Notes under the pieces: generated by a model
The model's database searches: none
Told to the model about the DNA's origin: nothing
The model's input: the letters and a program-made list of their open reading frames with translations, nothing else
Translations under genes and position numbers: made by a program
Assembly (NCBI GenBank): GCA_026991395.1
Contig: JALXBP010000147.1
Span: 1 to 33,676, forward strand
Direction: 5' to 3'
DNA length: 33,676 nt
Origin: Anaerolineae bacterium
GTDB taxonomy: Bacteria; Chloroflexota; Anaerolineae; B4-G1; SLSP01
In this document: positions 10,908-19,313 of the stretch, piece by piece
Layout: the number at the start of each line of letters is the position of its first letter
How positions within the stretch are numbered: position 1 is the stretch's first letter

Positions 10908-10960
10908 GGTCTCCGGGGCCAGCAGACGACCCCGGAGACCGCGGAAGCTACAGGTAGCTT
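10908..10960 (-). other. Intercistronic stem-loops between the binding-protein and permease genes
   Basis: GGTCTCCGGGG-11 nt-CCCCGGAGACC is a perfect 11-bp stem at 10908-10940. A second 6-bp stem AAGCTA/TAGCTT at 10945-10960 overlaps the SBP stop. No U-tract follows. The permease RBS lies immediately downstream. Confidence 0.45.
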
Positions 10961-12374
10961 AGTGCTCGGCCCAGTATTCGTCCAGGTAGCCCTGAACCTC
11001 CTCGTTGAGGGCGTCGAGGATGGCTTTGACGTCGGTATTCTCGCCCGTGAGGACCAGTTCCATCGCGTGCTCGGTGGCGTCGAAGACCTGGCCGTAGTTG
11101 GGGATCCAGGCTTCGTAGTTGGGATTGTCCATATACTCGATGCCGTCGAGGAAGACCTGGAAATCGACGTTGGGGTAGGCCTCGCTCATCTCGGAGAGCC
11201 AGTCCTTGGCCAGCGATTGCCGCGCCGGGATGCAGCCGTAGCTGTCGGTCAGGCGCTTCATCACATCCGGCTGCATCAGCCACTTGACGACCTCCCACGC
11301 CTGGTCGGGGTGCTTGGAGTGGCTCGGAATGACCAGGCCGTCGATGTTGGTCTCATCGACGATCGAGCCGTCGGGACCGGCAGGGATGGCGGCGACGTTC
11401 CAGTTGAAGGCTTCGGACCAGGTATCGTAGTTGTAGGACATCCAGCTATGGATCTCCCACATCGCGACCATGCCGCTTTCCAGCGCGTCCATATCGCCCA
11501 GCACGGCGTCGATCGCCTCCGCGCTGGGGCGGATGTGCCACTTCCAGACCGAGTCGCTGACGAACTGCAGGGCATCGATCCACGGCTGGCTGTTCATCTC
11601 GGCGGTGCGATAGTCATCGCTCATCCCGATGGAGTCGCCGCCGAATTTGGAGGGAACCATGCGGAAGGGGATCCAGTCCCAGCCATCCCATCCCCACTGC
11701 ACGATGTTCTCCGCGTCGAAGTCGGGAGAGGTGGCATCGTTGCCGTTCGCGTCCAGCGTCAGCTTCTGCGCGATCTCGACCAGCTTGTCGTAGGTCCAGT
11801 CGGGATCGCCGAACTTGTGCGGCGGGTAGGGAATGCCTGCGGCATCGAACATATCCTCGTTGTAGTAGACGGCGGAGGGATAGACGCCCAGCGGCAGACC
11901 GATCAGCTTGTCGCCGACGTGCTGAAGCTCCAGCGCGGGGCCGTAAAAGTCGCTCATATCGTAGTTGTCCCGTTCGACGTAGGGCGTCAGGTCGAGCCAC
12001 TCGTCCTGGAATTCGGCGACACCCATCACGCCGATGGGCATGACGATGTCGGGGGCCATATCACCGGCGAGCATCGTCGAGAACTTGGTGGTGTGCTCCT
12101 CATAGGGGACGGTAATGAATTCGATCTGGATGTCGTCGTGGGAGGCGTTGAACTCATCGGCGATCTGATTGTGGAGTTCGATCTGCTCCGGTTCCGTGCC
12201 CGTACCGAAGCCGACGAAGATGGTGATCTTCACGGGGCCGCTTTCCGCTGCGCCGCCGCTGCTACTTTCCTCGCCGCCCTGCGGTGTGGCGGGGGCCTTG
12301 TTGCCGCATCCGGCGGCGAAGATCATCACCGTGATGAGCAGGATGCTCACTACGAACCAAAGGCGGGATTTCAT
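10959..12374 (-). CDS. ABC transporter solute-binding lipoprotein (family 1 extracellular sugar-binding protein)
   Basis: The internal ATG at 12374 has AAAGGAG 7 nt upstream. The track ORF extends to 12458. Signal peptide MKSRLWFVVSILLITVMIFAAGC is followed by an S/G-rich linker typical of sugar SBPs. About 470 aa. Confidence 0.85.
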   Translation of the reverse strand: MKSRLWFVVSILLITVMIFAAGCGNKAPATPQGGEESSSGGAAESGPVKITIFVGFGTGTEPEQIELHNQIADEFNASHDDIQIEFITVPYEEHTTKFSTMLAGDMAPDIVMPIGVMGVAEFQDEWLDLTPYVERDNYDMSDFYGPALELQHVGDKLIGLPLGVYPSAVYYNEDMFDAAGIPYPPHKFGDPDWTYDKLVEIAQKLTLDANGNDATSPDFDAENIVQWGWDGWDWIPFRMVPSKFGGDSIGMSDDYRTAEMNSQPWIDALQFVSDSVWKWHIRPSAEAIDAVLGDMDALESGMVAMWEIHSWMSYNYDTWSEAFNWNVAAIPAGPDGSIVDETNIDGLVIPSHSKHPDQAWEVVKWLMQPDVMKRLTDSYGCIPARQSLAKDWLSEMSEAYPNVDFQVFLDGIEYMDNPNYEAWIPNYGQVFDATEHAMELVLTGENTDVKAILDALNEEVQGYLDEYWAEH

Positions 12375-12444
12375 CGGATTGCTCCTTTCCATCTGGGTAT
12401 GTGAAGGGATCATCGGGGAATGCGTGCCTGTTTCTCCGCTTCCG

Positions 12445-13482
12445 TTACGAATCATCACCTCCTCTGTCCGGACAGCCGCACGAGCGGCGGATGACGAGCT
12501 GCGTGGGGAGCAGTGTCATCAGTTCGGTTGTCCCATCTCGGATAAGCTCGATGAGGCGTTGGGCGGCATGGCGTCCGACCATCTCCGTGGGGGCACGTAC
12601 CGTAGTCAGCGGCGGGGTCAGGTAAGGGGACATCCGCTGGTCGTCGAAGCCGACGACGGCGATCTCCTCCGGGACGGCGATCCCGTGCACGTGCAAGGCG
12701 GCCAGCACGCCCTCGGCCGATTCGTCATCACCGGCGAAGACGGCATCGAAGGCGATGCCTTGCCGCAAGGCCGCCTCGATCGTGGCGAAGGCGACGTCGC
12801 GATCGAAGTCGCCACGCATCACCAGCCCGGGATCGAAAGGGATGCCGTGATCGGCCAGCGCCCGCCGGTAGCCGATCTCGCGCCAATGGGAATCTTCCTC
12901 GCCGGGGGGGCCTTGGAGGAAGACGATGCGCCGTCGTCGATGCTGCTCGATGAGGTGCGAGGTCATCGCGTGGGCGGCGGCTTTGTTCTCGATGGTCACA
13001 CAGGGAATGGGCAGATCGGGAGGCGGCGTGCGGTGGATGAGCACGAGCGGGAAGTGCTGCGCCATCAGGCGGCGCAGGTGATCCTCGTCGAGACTGTCGG
13101 CGAAGCCGAGAATACCATCGGTGTTGTGGGGGCCGACGGGAAGGCTCTTGCCATGCCAGCGGCGCGGCTTCCTCGTGGAGGCGATGAGGAGATCGTAGCC
13201 GTGAGAGGCGAGCACATCCTCGATGCCGCGCAGAAGGGGAGCGAAGAAGTCGCCGCCGATGTCGCTGAGGAGCAGGCCGATGGTGAAGGTTTTGTGGGTG
13301 GCGAGCTTGCGGGCCGCCGCATGCGGGACATAGTGCAGTTCCTCCATCACCGCATCCAGTCGCTCTCCCACCGCCTTGGAAACAGGGCCCGTCTTGTTGA
13401 TGTAGCGACTGACCGTGGCCACGGAGACACCGGCACGCCGTGCTACATCGCGGATAGTTACCGAAGCACGAGGTTTCGTCAT
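12445..13482 (-). CDS. LacI-family transcriptional regulator
   Basis: 345 aa. The N-terminal HTH is VTIRDVARRAGVSVATVSRYIN, followed by a periplasmic-binding-protein-like sugar-binding core. It is the first gene of the sugar operon. Confidence 0.9.
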   Translation of the reverse strand: MTKPRASVTIRDVARRAGVSVATVSRYINKTGPVSKAVGERLDAVMEELHYVPHAAARKLATHKTFTIGLLLSDIGGDFFAPLLRGIEDVLASHGYDLLIASTRKPRRWHGKSLPVGPHNTDGILGFADSLDEDHLRRLMAQHFPLVLIHRTPPPDLPIPCVTIENKAAAHAMTSHLIEQHRRRRIVFLQGPPGEEDSHWREIGYRRALADHGIPFDPGLVMRGDFDRDVAFATIEAALRQGIAFDAVFAGDDESAEGVLAALHVHGIAVPEEIAVVGFDDQRMSPYLTPPLTTVRAPTEMVGRHAAQRLIELIRDGTTELMTLLPTQLVIRRSCGCPDRGGDDS

Positions 13483-13506
13483 CGTCCCTTGTCCTTCCGC
13501 CTGAGG

Positions 13507-13522
13507 ATGTAACCGGTTACAT
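13507..13522. promoter_or_regulatory. Perfect 16-bp palindromic LacI-family operator, ATGTAACCGGTTACAT
   Basis: It matches the LacI-family consensus TGnAAnCGnTTnCA. It directly abuts and overlaps the lacI -10 and +1 region. Confidence 0.6.
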
Positions 13523-13549
13523 TGTACCCGATGTGTCGAGGGTTGTCAA
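13521..13549 (-). promoter_or_regulatory. sigma70-type promoter of the lacI-sugar operon (TTGACA-17 nt-TACAAT)
   Basis: On the minus strand it reads cTTGACAaccctcgacacatcgggTACAATgtaaccggttacat. The operator starts inside the -10 element. Confidence 0.55.
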
Positions 13550-13589
13550 GCCGCGGAAAAGGCGATTCCGCCGCAGGGCGGTATCCCCC

Positions 13590-13618
13590 TTGTCGGGATA
13601 GGGTTAGACGGTATAATG
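13590..13618 (+). promoter_or_regulatory. Putative promoter of the Ser/Thr kinase gene (TTGTCG-17 nt-TATAAT)
   Basis: The -10 is a perfect TATAAT at 13613-13618, 25 nt before the GTG start. The -35 is weaker. Confidence 0.4.
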
Positions 13619-13643
13619 ACGGCGAGGGGGTAAAGGGGTCGTC

Positions 13644-15497
13644 GTGAGCAGCGTCAACTATCTTGTCGGCAAGCGATTAGGCAAATACGTCGTCGTCAAA
13701 CACCAGGCGCATGGTGGCATGGCCGAGGTGTACCTGGGGAAACAGGAACAACTGGATCGCTATGTCGCCATCAAGGTGCTCCATCCGTTCCTGGCCGAAG
13801 ATCCGGGCTTCGTCGATCGCTTCCTGCGCGAGGCCCGCCTCGTGGCGGCGCTGCGGCATCCCAACATCGTCCAGGTCTACGATTTCGACCACAACGAGGC
13901 GCTGGACATCTACTATATGGTGATGGAGTACATCAACGGCCCCTCCCTCAAGAAGCGTCTGGAGGAGGGGCCGATCCCTCAGCGGGAAAGCGCGCTCATT
14001 GCCGCCGCCATCGCCGACGCCCTTGATTATGCCCATCGGCGCGAGATGGTGCACCGGGATATCAAACCGGCGAACATTATGTTCACCGCCGAGGGGCAGC
14101 CCGTGCTGACCGACTTCGGCATTGCGCGGATGGTCAGCGTTACCGGTCTGACGGCCAGCGGGGCGATGGTCGGTACGCCGGCCTATATGGCTCCGGAGAT
14201 CGGCACGGGGGATTCCGGCTCCCCGGCTTCCGACATCTATTCCCTCGGCGTCGTCCTCTATCAGATGCTCACCGGTCGGCTCCCCTTCGAGGCCGATGTG
14301 CCGATGGGGGTCATCCTCAAGCACATCAGCGACCCCGTTCCTTACCCCAGCCAGTTCGTCCCCGACCTGTTGCCCTCGCTGGAGGCGGTCATCTTGCGGG
14401 CGATGGCTAAGCGTCCGGAGGATCGTTTCCAGACGGCGGGGGAGATGGCACAGGCGCTGCGTGAGGCGATCGACGTGTCGCTGCCGCCGGTCACGACGCC
14501 GATCCCCGCCTCGGTGCGGGAGGAGGATGAGACAGGATCGGGCCTGCGGCGTACCTGGCCCGGCACGGCGACGCAGCAGACGGAGCCCGTACGGCGCAAG
14601 GTGTGGCGCTGGCCCTTCATCGTGTTGATGCTGGTGGCCGCCGTGCTTTTGGGGAGTGTCGGATGGACGCGATTCAACGGGCGATCGCTAAAGGACATCT
14701 TCCCGAACTCGGGGACGGTTGCCGCCCCCTCCACTGCCGAGGCCCAGGCTTCGCAGGTGGCCGCCACCGCGACGGCGGCCATAACGCCCACGGCGACGTT
14801 GGCCCTCGTCGTCCCGACGGAGGAAAGCTGCGTCCCCAGGGCGGAGGTGGAGCATCTCTACCTGACGCCTCCCGACGAGAGCGTGCCGCCGAAGACGGCG
14901 ATGATGGCCTACATCACACTGCGTAACGGCAGCATCTGCGCCTGGGAGAAGGGGACCCATCTTGCCCTCGTCTACGGGGATTCGATGGGCGCTCCCCCCA
15001 CGCTCCCGCTGGAGCCGATCCCAAGCGGGGAGCGGCAGCAGGTCGTCCTGCCCTTCACCGCACCGGAAGCGCTGGGGGAGTATGCGATGCACTGGGAGGT
15101 GCAGCGTTCCGATGGCCGTCCGATGAGCGGAGATATCGCCATTCGGATCACCGTGGCCGATCTGCCGCCCTTCACGCCGACACCGCAGGCTACTTTCACG
15201 GCGACGAATGTCGTGCAACCTCCGCTGACGATGCTGGAGCCGCAGCTTCTCAGTTGGCAGGATGATCCTTCCACCAATCAGTGGGAGGGAGTACTCCGCT
15301 TGACGGCTGAAGGGGGAAGCGGTACCTATCTCTTCTACCTGGATCACGTCGCCGCCGGGCAGGAGATCCGCGACGGCCTGCTCCATTTCCGCTGGACGCG
15401 CTGCCAGCCTTATCCGCTGAGGATCATCGTCATCTCGGGCGACGAATCGCTCTCGTGGGAGGAGGAGATCCCCTATCCGGCTTCCTGCGGGGATTGA
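13644..15497 (+). CDS. Hanks-type Ser/Thr protein kinase with one TM helix and a large uncharacterised extracellular domain
   Basis: 617 aa from a GTG start with AAAGGGG RBS. Kinase motifs present: VAIKVL (Lys of the AIK motif), HRDIKPANIM, DFGIA, APE. After a Pro/Thr linker comes the TM helix WRWPFIVLMLVAAVLLGSVGW. About 290 aa of extracellular sequence follows with no PASTA or other recognisable repeats. Confidence 0.85.
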   Translation: MSSVNYLVGKRLGKYVVVKHQAHGGMAEVYLGKQEQLDRYVAIKVLHPFLAEDPGFVDRFLREARLVAALRHPNIVQVYDFDHNEALDIYYMVMEYINGPSLKKRLEEGPIPQRESALIAAAIADALDYAHRREMVHRDIKPANIMFTAEGQPVLTDFGIARMVSVTGLTASGAMVGTPAYMAPEIGTGDSGSPASDIYSLGVVLYQMLTGRLPFEADVPMGVILKHISDPVPYPSQFVPDLLPSLEAVILRAMAKRPEDRFQTAGEMAQALREAIDVSLPPVTTPIPASVREEDETGSGLRRTWPGTATQQTEPVRRKVWRWPFIVLMLVAAVLLGSVGWTRFNGRSLKDIFPNSGTVAAPSTAEAQASQVAATATAAITPTATLALVVPTEESCVPRAEVEHLYLTPPDESVPPKTAMMAYITLRNGSICAWEKGTHLALVYGDSMGAPPTLPLEPIPSGERQQVVLPFTAPEALGEYAMHWEVQRSDGRPMSGDIAIRITVADLPPFTPTPQATFTATNVVQPPLTMLEPQLLSWQDDPSTNQWEGVLRLTAEGGSGTYLFYLDHVAAGQEIRDGLLHFRWTRCQPYPLRIIVISGDESLSWEEEIPYPASCGD

Positions 15498-17668
15498 GGC
15501 TGCCGAGCGTCCGTGCTCGCCTGCGGTTCCTCAGGCAGGGGGAAGAAGAGGATGAAAGTCGTCCCCCGATCGACCTCACTTTCCACCTCGATCATACCGC
15601 CATGGTGCTTGACGACCTCTTTGACCAGGGCCAAGCCCAGCCCCGTCCCTTGGGGATAATACCGTTGGGCACGCTCGGAGCGGTAGAAGCGGCTGAAGAT
15701 GTGGGGCAGGTCTTCCGGACTGATCCCGATCCCCGTATCGCCGAAGGTAACGCTAATCCATGACCGACCGTCCCGTTCGACTTTGCGGACGCTGATGCGG
15801 ATGGTGCCCCCTTCCGGCGTGTACTGGATGGCGTTGCGCAGGAGATTGTCGAAGACGAGTCCGATCTCTTCGGCATGGCCGAGGATAGGGGGAGCGGGCC
15901 TGAGCGGATGGTAGATGAGCTTCAGGCGATGTTTGTCCAGGAGGATTTGGCGGCGCTCGATGATGCTGTCGATCTGGGCGACGATGTCAACGGGATGGAG
16001 TGTTGTCGTGCGATGTCCCGCATCGATGCGGGTCAGCCGCAGAATGTCCTCGATGAGCTGTGCCTGGCGCTCGACCTCCTGGGTGAGGGCGTCCAGATAG
16101 GCTTGGCGGCGATCCTCCGAGGCATTGCGGAGCAACTCCAGATAGAGCTTGATGGCGGTGATCGGCGTGCGCAGTTCGTGCGAGACGGTGGAGATGAACC
16201 GTTCTTGGACGCGGGCCATCGCCTTCCAGGGGGTGATGTCCTGGATGGTTACGAGGTAGGCGTTGTCTTCCCCTTCCACAGGGCGAGCGGAGAGGAGGAA
16301 GTCGATACCCCCTATCGTCATTTCCACACTGTGCTCCGTCGTTTCGGCGGCGATGCGACCGATGGCTGCTTCCAGGCGACGTGCGTCGGGAGGCGAAAGG
16401 ATGCGGTGCAGCCATCGTTCGACGGCAGGGTTGATGCATTCGAAGGAGCCGTCCGCATTGACGACGATCAGCCCCTCGCTGGTGCTGTTGAAGATGGCGT
16501 TCAGGCGCGCGTTCCGTTGTTTGATCTCTTTTACCCGTTGGGCAACGCGCTCCTCCAGTTCCTTGGCGTAGGTGCGCATCTGTTGGTAGAGCCGCGCATG
16601 TTCCAGCGCCGTCCCTGCGTACCGCGCGAAGATGGCCAGTCTGCGGGCGTCGCCCTCGTCGAATTGGTAGGGGCGGGTGCCGTCGATGTTGAAGAAGCCA
16701 ACGACTTCGTCCTGGATGATGATGGGAGCGCCGACGTAAGCGCGGAGCCAGCGCCAGTTGGGGGCCTCTTTCCACGTCGCGGCAGGGATGTGCGGGATGA
16801 TGACGGGGCGCCGTTCGCGGATCATCTGTCTCCAACTCGGGTAGGTGTCGATGGGAAGGGTGAGCGTGGGTAACTCGTGCGCCGAGGGGAAGCGTTCGTA
16901 GCCGCGCCAGCGGATGGGGCGGGCAACCTCGCCTTCGAGGAGCATAATATTGAGCGCGTCGGCGGGGAGGATACGTGCGGCCTGTTCCAGCAGGCGATCC
17001 AGAATCTCTTCCAACTCCAGGCTGCTGCCGACGATGGCCGCCGACTCTGCCAGCGCCTCTGCCAGCCGTTGCTGCTCCATCTGCTCGCTGTAGATCAGGG
17101 CCTTTTCCACGCCGACGCCGACCTGGACGCCGATGTTTTGGAGCAGTTCGAAGGTTTTTTCGGAGATAGTATTCGGCTTGCTTGCCATAATGGAAAGGAC
17201 GCCTATGACCGTCCCCTTGGCGAGGAGCGGGACGCTGGCAACGCTGCGGTAGCGCGGGGAGATGAGCCACTTGCCGCCTTCCTCGGTGCGCAGGTCGCGG
17301 ATCAGCCTGCCTTTGCCGCGCAGGGCGACTTCGCCTTCCAGGAAGTGCCCCGGCGGGATTTCCGACAGATGTCGTTTCAGTTCGTCGGTGCCACCCGTCA
17401 TATGGGCGATGTGGAGATAGCCGCTCTTCCGGTCGAGGAGCCAAATGGCCCCCGCCTCGACCTGCGTAACCTGGAGGATAGGGGGCATCATCGTGGCGAG
17501 CATCGTTTCCAGCTCCGGCGTACCGGCGATGATCGTGGCGATGGCGTGCAGCGCTTCCAGCTCGCGATTGCGTGCCTGCAAAGCACGCAGTGAGGTCGGC
17601 GCGCTGCCTCGCTGTGCCCGTCTCCAGGGGCGATAGGGCCTGCGAGGAGACTTCCGCGATAGGATCAA
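15473..17668 (-). CDS. Cytoplasmic sensor histidine kinase (GAF-GAF-PAS-HisKA-HATPase_c)
   Basis: 731 aa from a TTG start with GAGGAGG 6 nt upstream. HisKA H-box is STVSHELRTPITAI. ATPase boxes N, G1 (DTGIGI) and G2 (GTGLGLALV) are present. No TM segments. It overlaps the convergent kinase gene by 25 nt. Confidence 0.85.
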   Translation of the reverse strand: MILSRKSPRRPYRPWRRAQRGSAPTSLRALQARNRELEALHAIATIIAGTPELETMLATMMPPILQVTQVEAGAIWLLDRKSGYLHIAHMTGGTDELKRHLSEIPPGHFLEGEVALRGKGRLIRDLRTEEGGKWLISPRYRSVASVPLLAKGTVIGVLSIMASKPNTISEKTFELLQNIGVQVGVGVEKALIYSEQMEQQRLAEALAESAAIVGSSLELEEILDRLLEQAARILPADALNIMLLEGEVARPIRWRGYERFPSAHELPTLTLPIDTYPSWRQMIRERRPVIIPHIPAATWKEAPNWRWLRAYVGAPIIIQDEVVGFFNIDGTRPYQFDEGDARRLAIFARYAGTALEHARLYQQMRTYAKELEERVAQRVKEIKQRNARLNAIFNSTSEGLIVVNADGSFECINPAVERWLHRILSPPDARRLEAAIGRIAAETTEHSVEMTIGGIDFLLSARPVEGEDNAYLVTIQDITPWKAMARVQERFISTVSHELRTPITAIKLYLELLRNASEDRRQAYLDALTQEVERQAQLIEDILRLTRIDAGHRTTTLHPVDIVAQIDSIIERRQILLDKHRLKLIYHPLRPAPPILGHAEEIGLVFDNLLRNAIQYTPEGGTIRISVRKVERDGRSWISVTFGDTGIGISPEDLPHIFSRFYRSERAQRYYPQGTGLGLALVKEVVKHHGGMIEVESEVDRGTTFILFFPLPEEPQASTDARQPQSPQEAG

Positions 17669-17710
17669 CGATGCCTCCTCTTGTCAGGGTAAGGGATGGA
17701 CAGTTTCGGA

Positions 17711-18367
17711 TTATTGGGCGGCTATCTTGTGCCAGTCGGCGAGAAACTTCTGCAATCCGATGTCGGTGAAGGGACTGCCGACCATCTTTTTCAGCACGGG
17801 GAAGGGCATTGTGATGATGTCCGCTCCGGCCAGGAGTGCCTCCAGGACGTGCCGCGGATGGCGGATGCTTGCGGCCAGCACCTGGCATCCCAGGCCGTAG
17901 GTGTCGAAAATCCGGCGCGTCTGGCGAACGACGGCCATCCCGTCCAGCCCCGCATCGTCCAGCCGCCCGACGAAGATAGAGGCATAGTCGGCCCCGGCCT
18001 TGGCGGCGAGAAAGGCTTGGTTGGCGGAGAAGATGAGGGTCGCATTGATGCGCCCGTTAGGCCATTGCGAGATGACGTGCATTGCCTTCAAGCCCTCGTC
18101 CGTCGTGGGGATTTTCACGTACACGTGTTCCGACCAGGAAAGGATCTCCTTGGCTTCTTCGATCATCCCCTCGGCCTCTGTGCTGATGACTTCGGCGCTG
18201 ACCGAGCCGCGGACGACCTCGACGATCTCCAGGGTCCGCTGTTTGCGGTTGGCCGTCCCGGCGCGGAACATCAAAGTCGGGTTGGTCGTCACGCCGTCCA
18301 CGATACCCCACGCCGCCGCTTCCTCGATCTCTTCGATCTTCGCCGTGTCCACGAAAATCTTCGCCAT
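17711..18367 (-). CDS. Transaldolase / fructose-6-phosphate aldolase family (short TalC/FSA type)
   Basis: The internal ATG at 18367 has GGGAGGA 8 nt upstream. The track ORF extends to 18412. MAKIFVDTAKIEEIEEAAAWGIVDGVTTNPTL is the class-I aldolase signature of the TalC/FSA family. About 218 aa. Confidence 0.85.
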   Translation of the reverse strand: MAKIFVDTAKIEEIEEAAAWGIVDGVTTNPTLMFRAGTANRKQRTLEIVEVVRGSVSAEVISTEAEGMIEEAKEILSWSEHVYVKIPTTDEGLKAMHVISQWPNGRINATLIFSANQAFLAAKAGADYASIFVGRLDDAGLDGMAVVRQTRRIFDTYGLGCQVLAASIRHPRHVLEALLAGADIITMPFPVLKKMVGSPFTDIGLQKFLADWHKIAAQ

Positions 18368-18402
18368 AGGTTTTTCCTCCCTGTCGATCTGCTGCCGTAG
18401 CC

Positions 18403-18430
18403 AGTATAGCATGACGAATGAGCTTTACAA
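18403..18430 (-). promoter_or_regulatory. Putative promoter of the transaldolase-HK transcript (TTGTAA-16 nt-TATACT)
   Basis: Seen on the minus strand upstream of 18367. The match is moderate. Confidence 0.3.
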
Positions 18431-18498
18431 ATGCAGGCGTTGTGGAAAGTCGGAGAGGATGCCAGACTTGCACGGCATCGCCGGTGGCTTGCAAAGGG

Positions 18499-18528
18499 TT
18501 TGACATCGGCTAAATTCTAACCTATCAT
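18499..18528 (+). promoter_or_regulatory. sigma70-type promoter of the response-regulator operon (TTGACA-17 nt-TATCAT)
   Basis: The sequence is gTTTGACAtcggctaaattctaaccTATCATag, about 50 nt before the ATG at 18582. Confidence 0.5.
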
Positions 18529-18581
18529 AGAGCATACAGAGCGGCTTTCCTATCCATAGCTCGCAGGGGAGGTGGACTCTC

Positions 18582-19313
18582 ATGATGCATGAAGAGGAAA
18601 CGATTCTACTAATCGAGGACAACGCCGATCTCGCGCAACTCGTACAGTTCCTTCTGCGGCGGGCCGGTTATCGCGTGCTCATCGCCGGTAACGGGCAGGA
18701 TGGCATCGAGATGGCCGGTGAAACCTCGCCGGACTTGATCCTCTTGGATGTGCTGATGCCCGATCTGGATGGATGGCAGGTGTACGAGCGGCTTCAGCAT
18801 GTAACCGATGCGCCCATCATCTTCCTCACCGCGCTGGGGGATGAGCATAACTTGACCTATGGCCTGGGACTGGGGGCCGACGATTACATCACCAAGCCCT
18901 TTGGCTACAAGGAATTGGTAACGCGGGTCAAGGCGGCGCTCGCCCGCGCCAGAAGGACGCGCGGCGAGCAGGCCGTTTTCCGCGCCGGAAAGCTGACCCT
19001 CAATCACGATACGCGCGAGGTGCGTCTGGAGGATCGTCTCGTCTCTTTGACCCCCACTGAGTACAAACTGCTCCTCGCGCTGGTGCAGAATGCCGGGCGC
19101 ACCGTGGAACACGATGTCCTGCTGCGCCGTGTTTGGGGCAGTGAGCACGCCAACCGCCGCGATTACCTCAAACTCTACATCTGGTATCTGCGTCAGAAGC
19201 TGGAGAAGGACCCCCGCCACCCGCAGTACATCGTCAGCGAGCGGGGCAAGGGGTACCGCCTCGTCGTGCCGGAGGACGAGGACAAGCACGGTATGGAGGT
19301 ATTGGATTCTTGA
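18582..19313 (+). CDS. OmpR-family response regulator (receiver + winged-helix)
   Basis: 243 aa. The receiver has D in LLDVLMPDLDGW and a T/K pocket. The C-terminal trans_reg_C domain contains LTPTEYKLLLAL...GYRLV. GGGAGG RBS. Confidence 0.9.
   Translation: MMHEEETILLIEDNADLAQLVQFLLRRAGYRVLIAGNGQDGIEMAGETSPDLILLDVLMPDLDGWQVYERLQHVTDAPIIFLTALGDEHNLTYGLGLGADDYITKPFGYKELVTRVKAALARARRTRGEQAVFRAGKLTLNHDTREVRLEDRLVSLTPTEYKLLLALVQNAGRTVEHDVLLRRVWGSEHANRRDYLKLYIWYLRQKLEKDPRHPQYIVSERGKGYRLVVPEDEDKHGMEVLDS

Noticed and set aside
15987-17888. 633-aa minus ORF overlapping the histidine kinase
   Set aside because: It is an alternate frame with R/P/G-rich junk composition. The other minus frame carries the HisKA/HATPase motifs.
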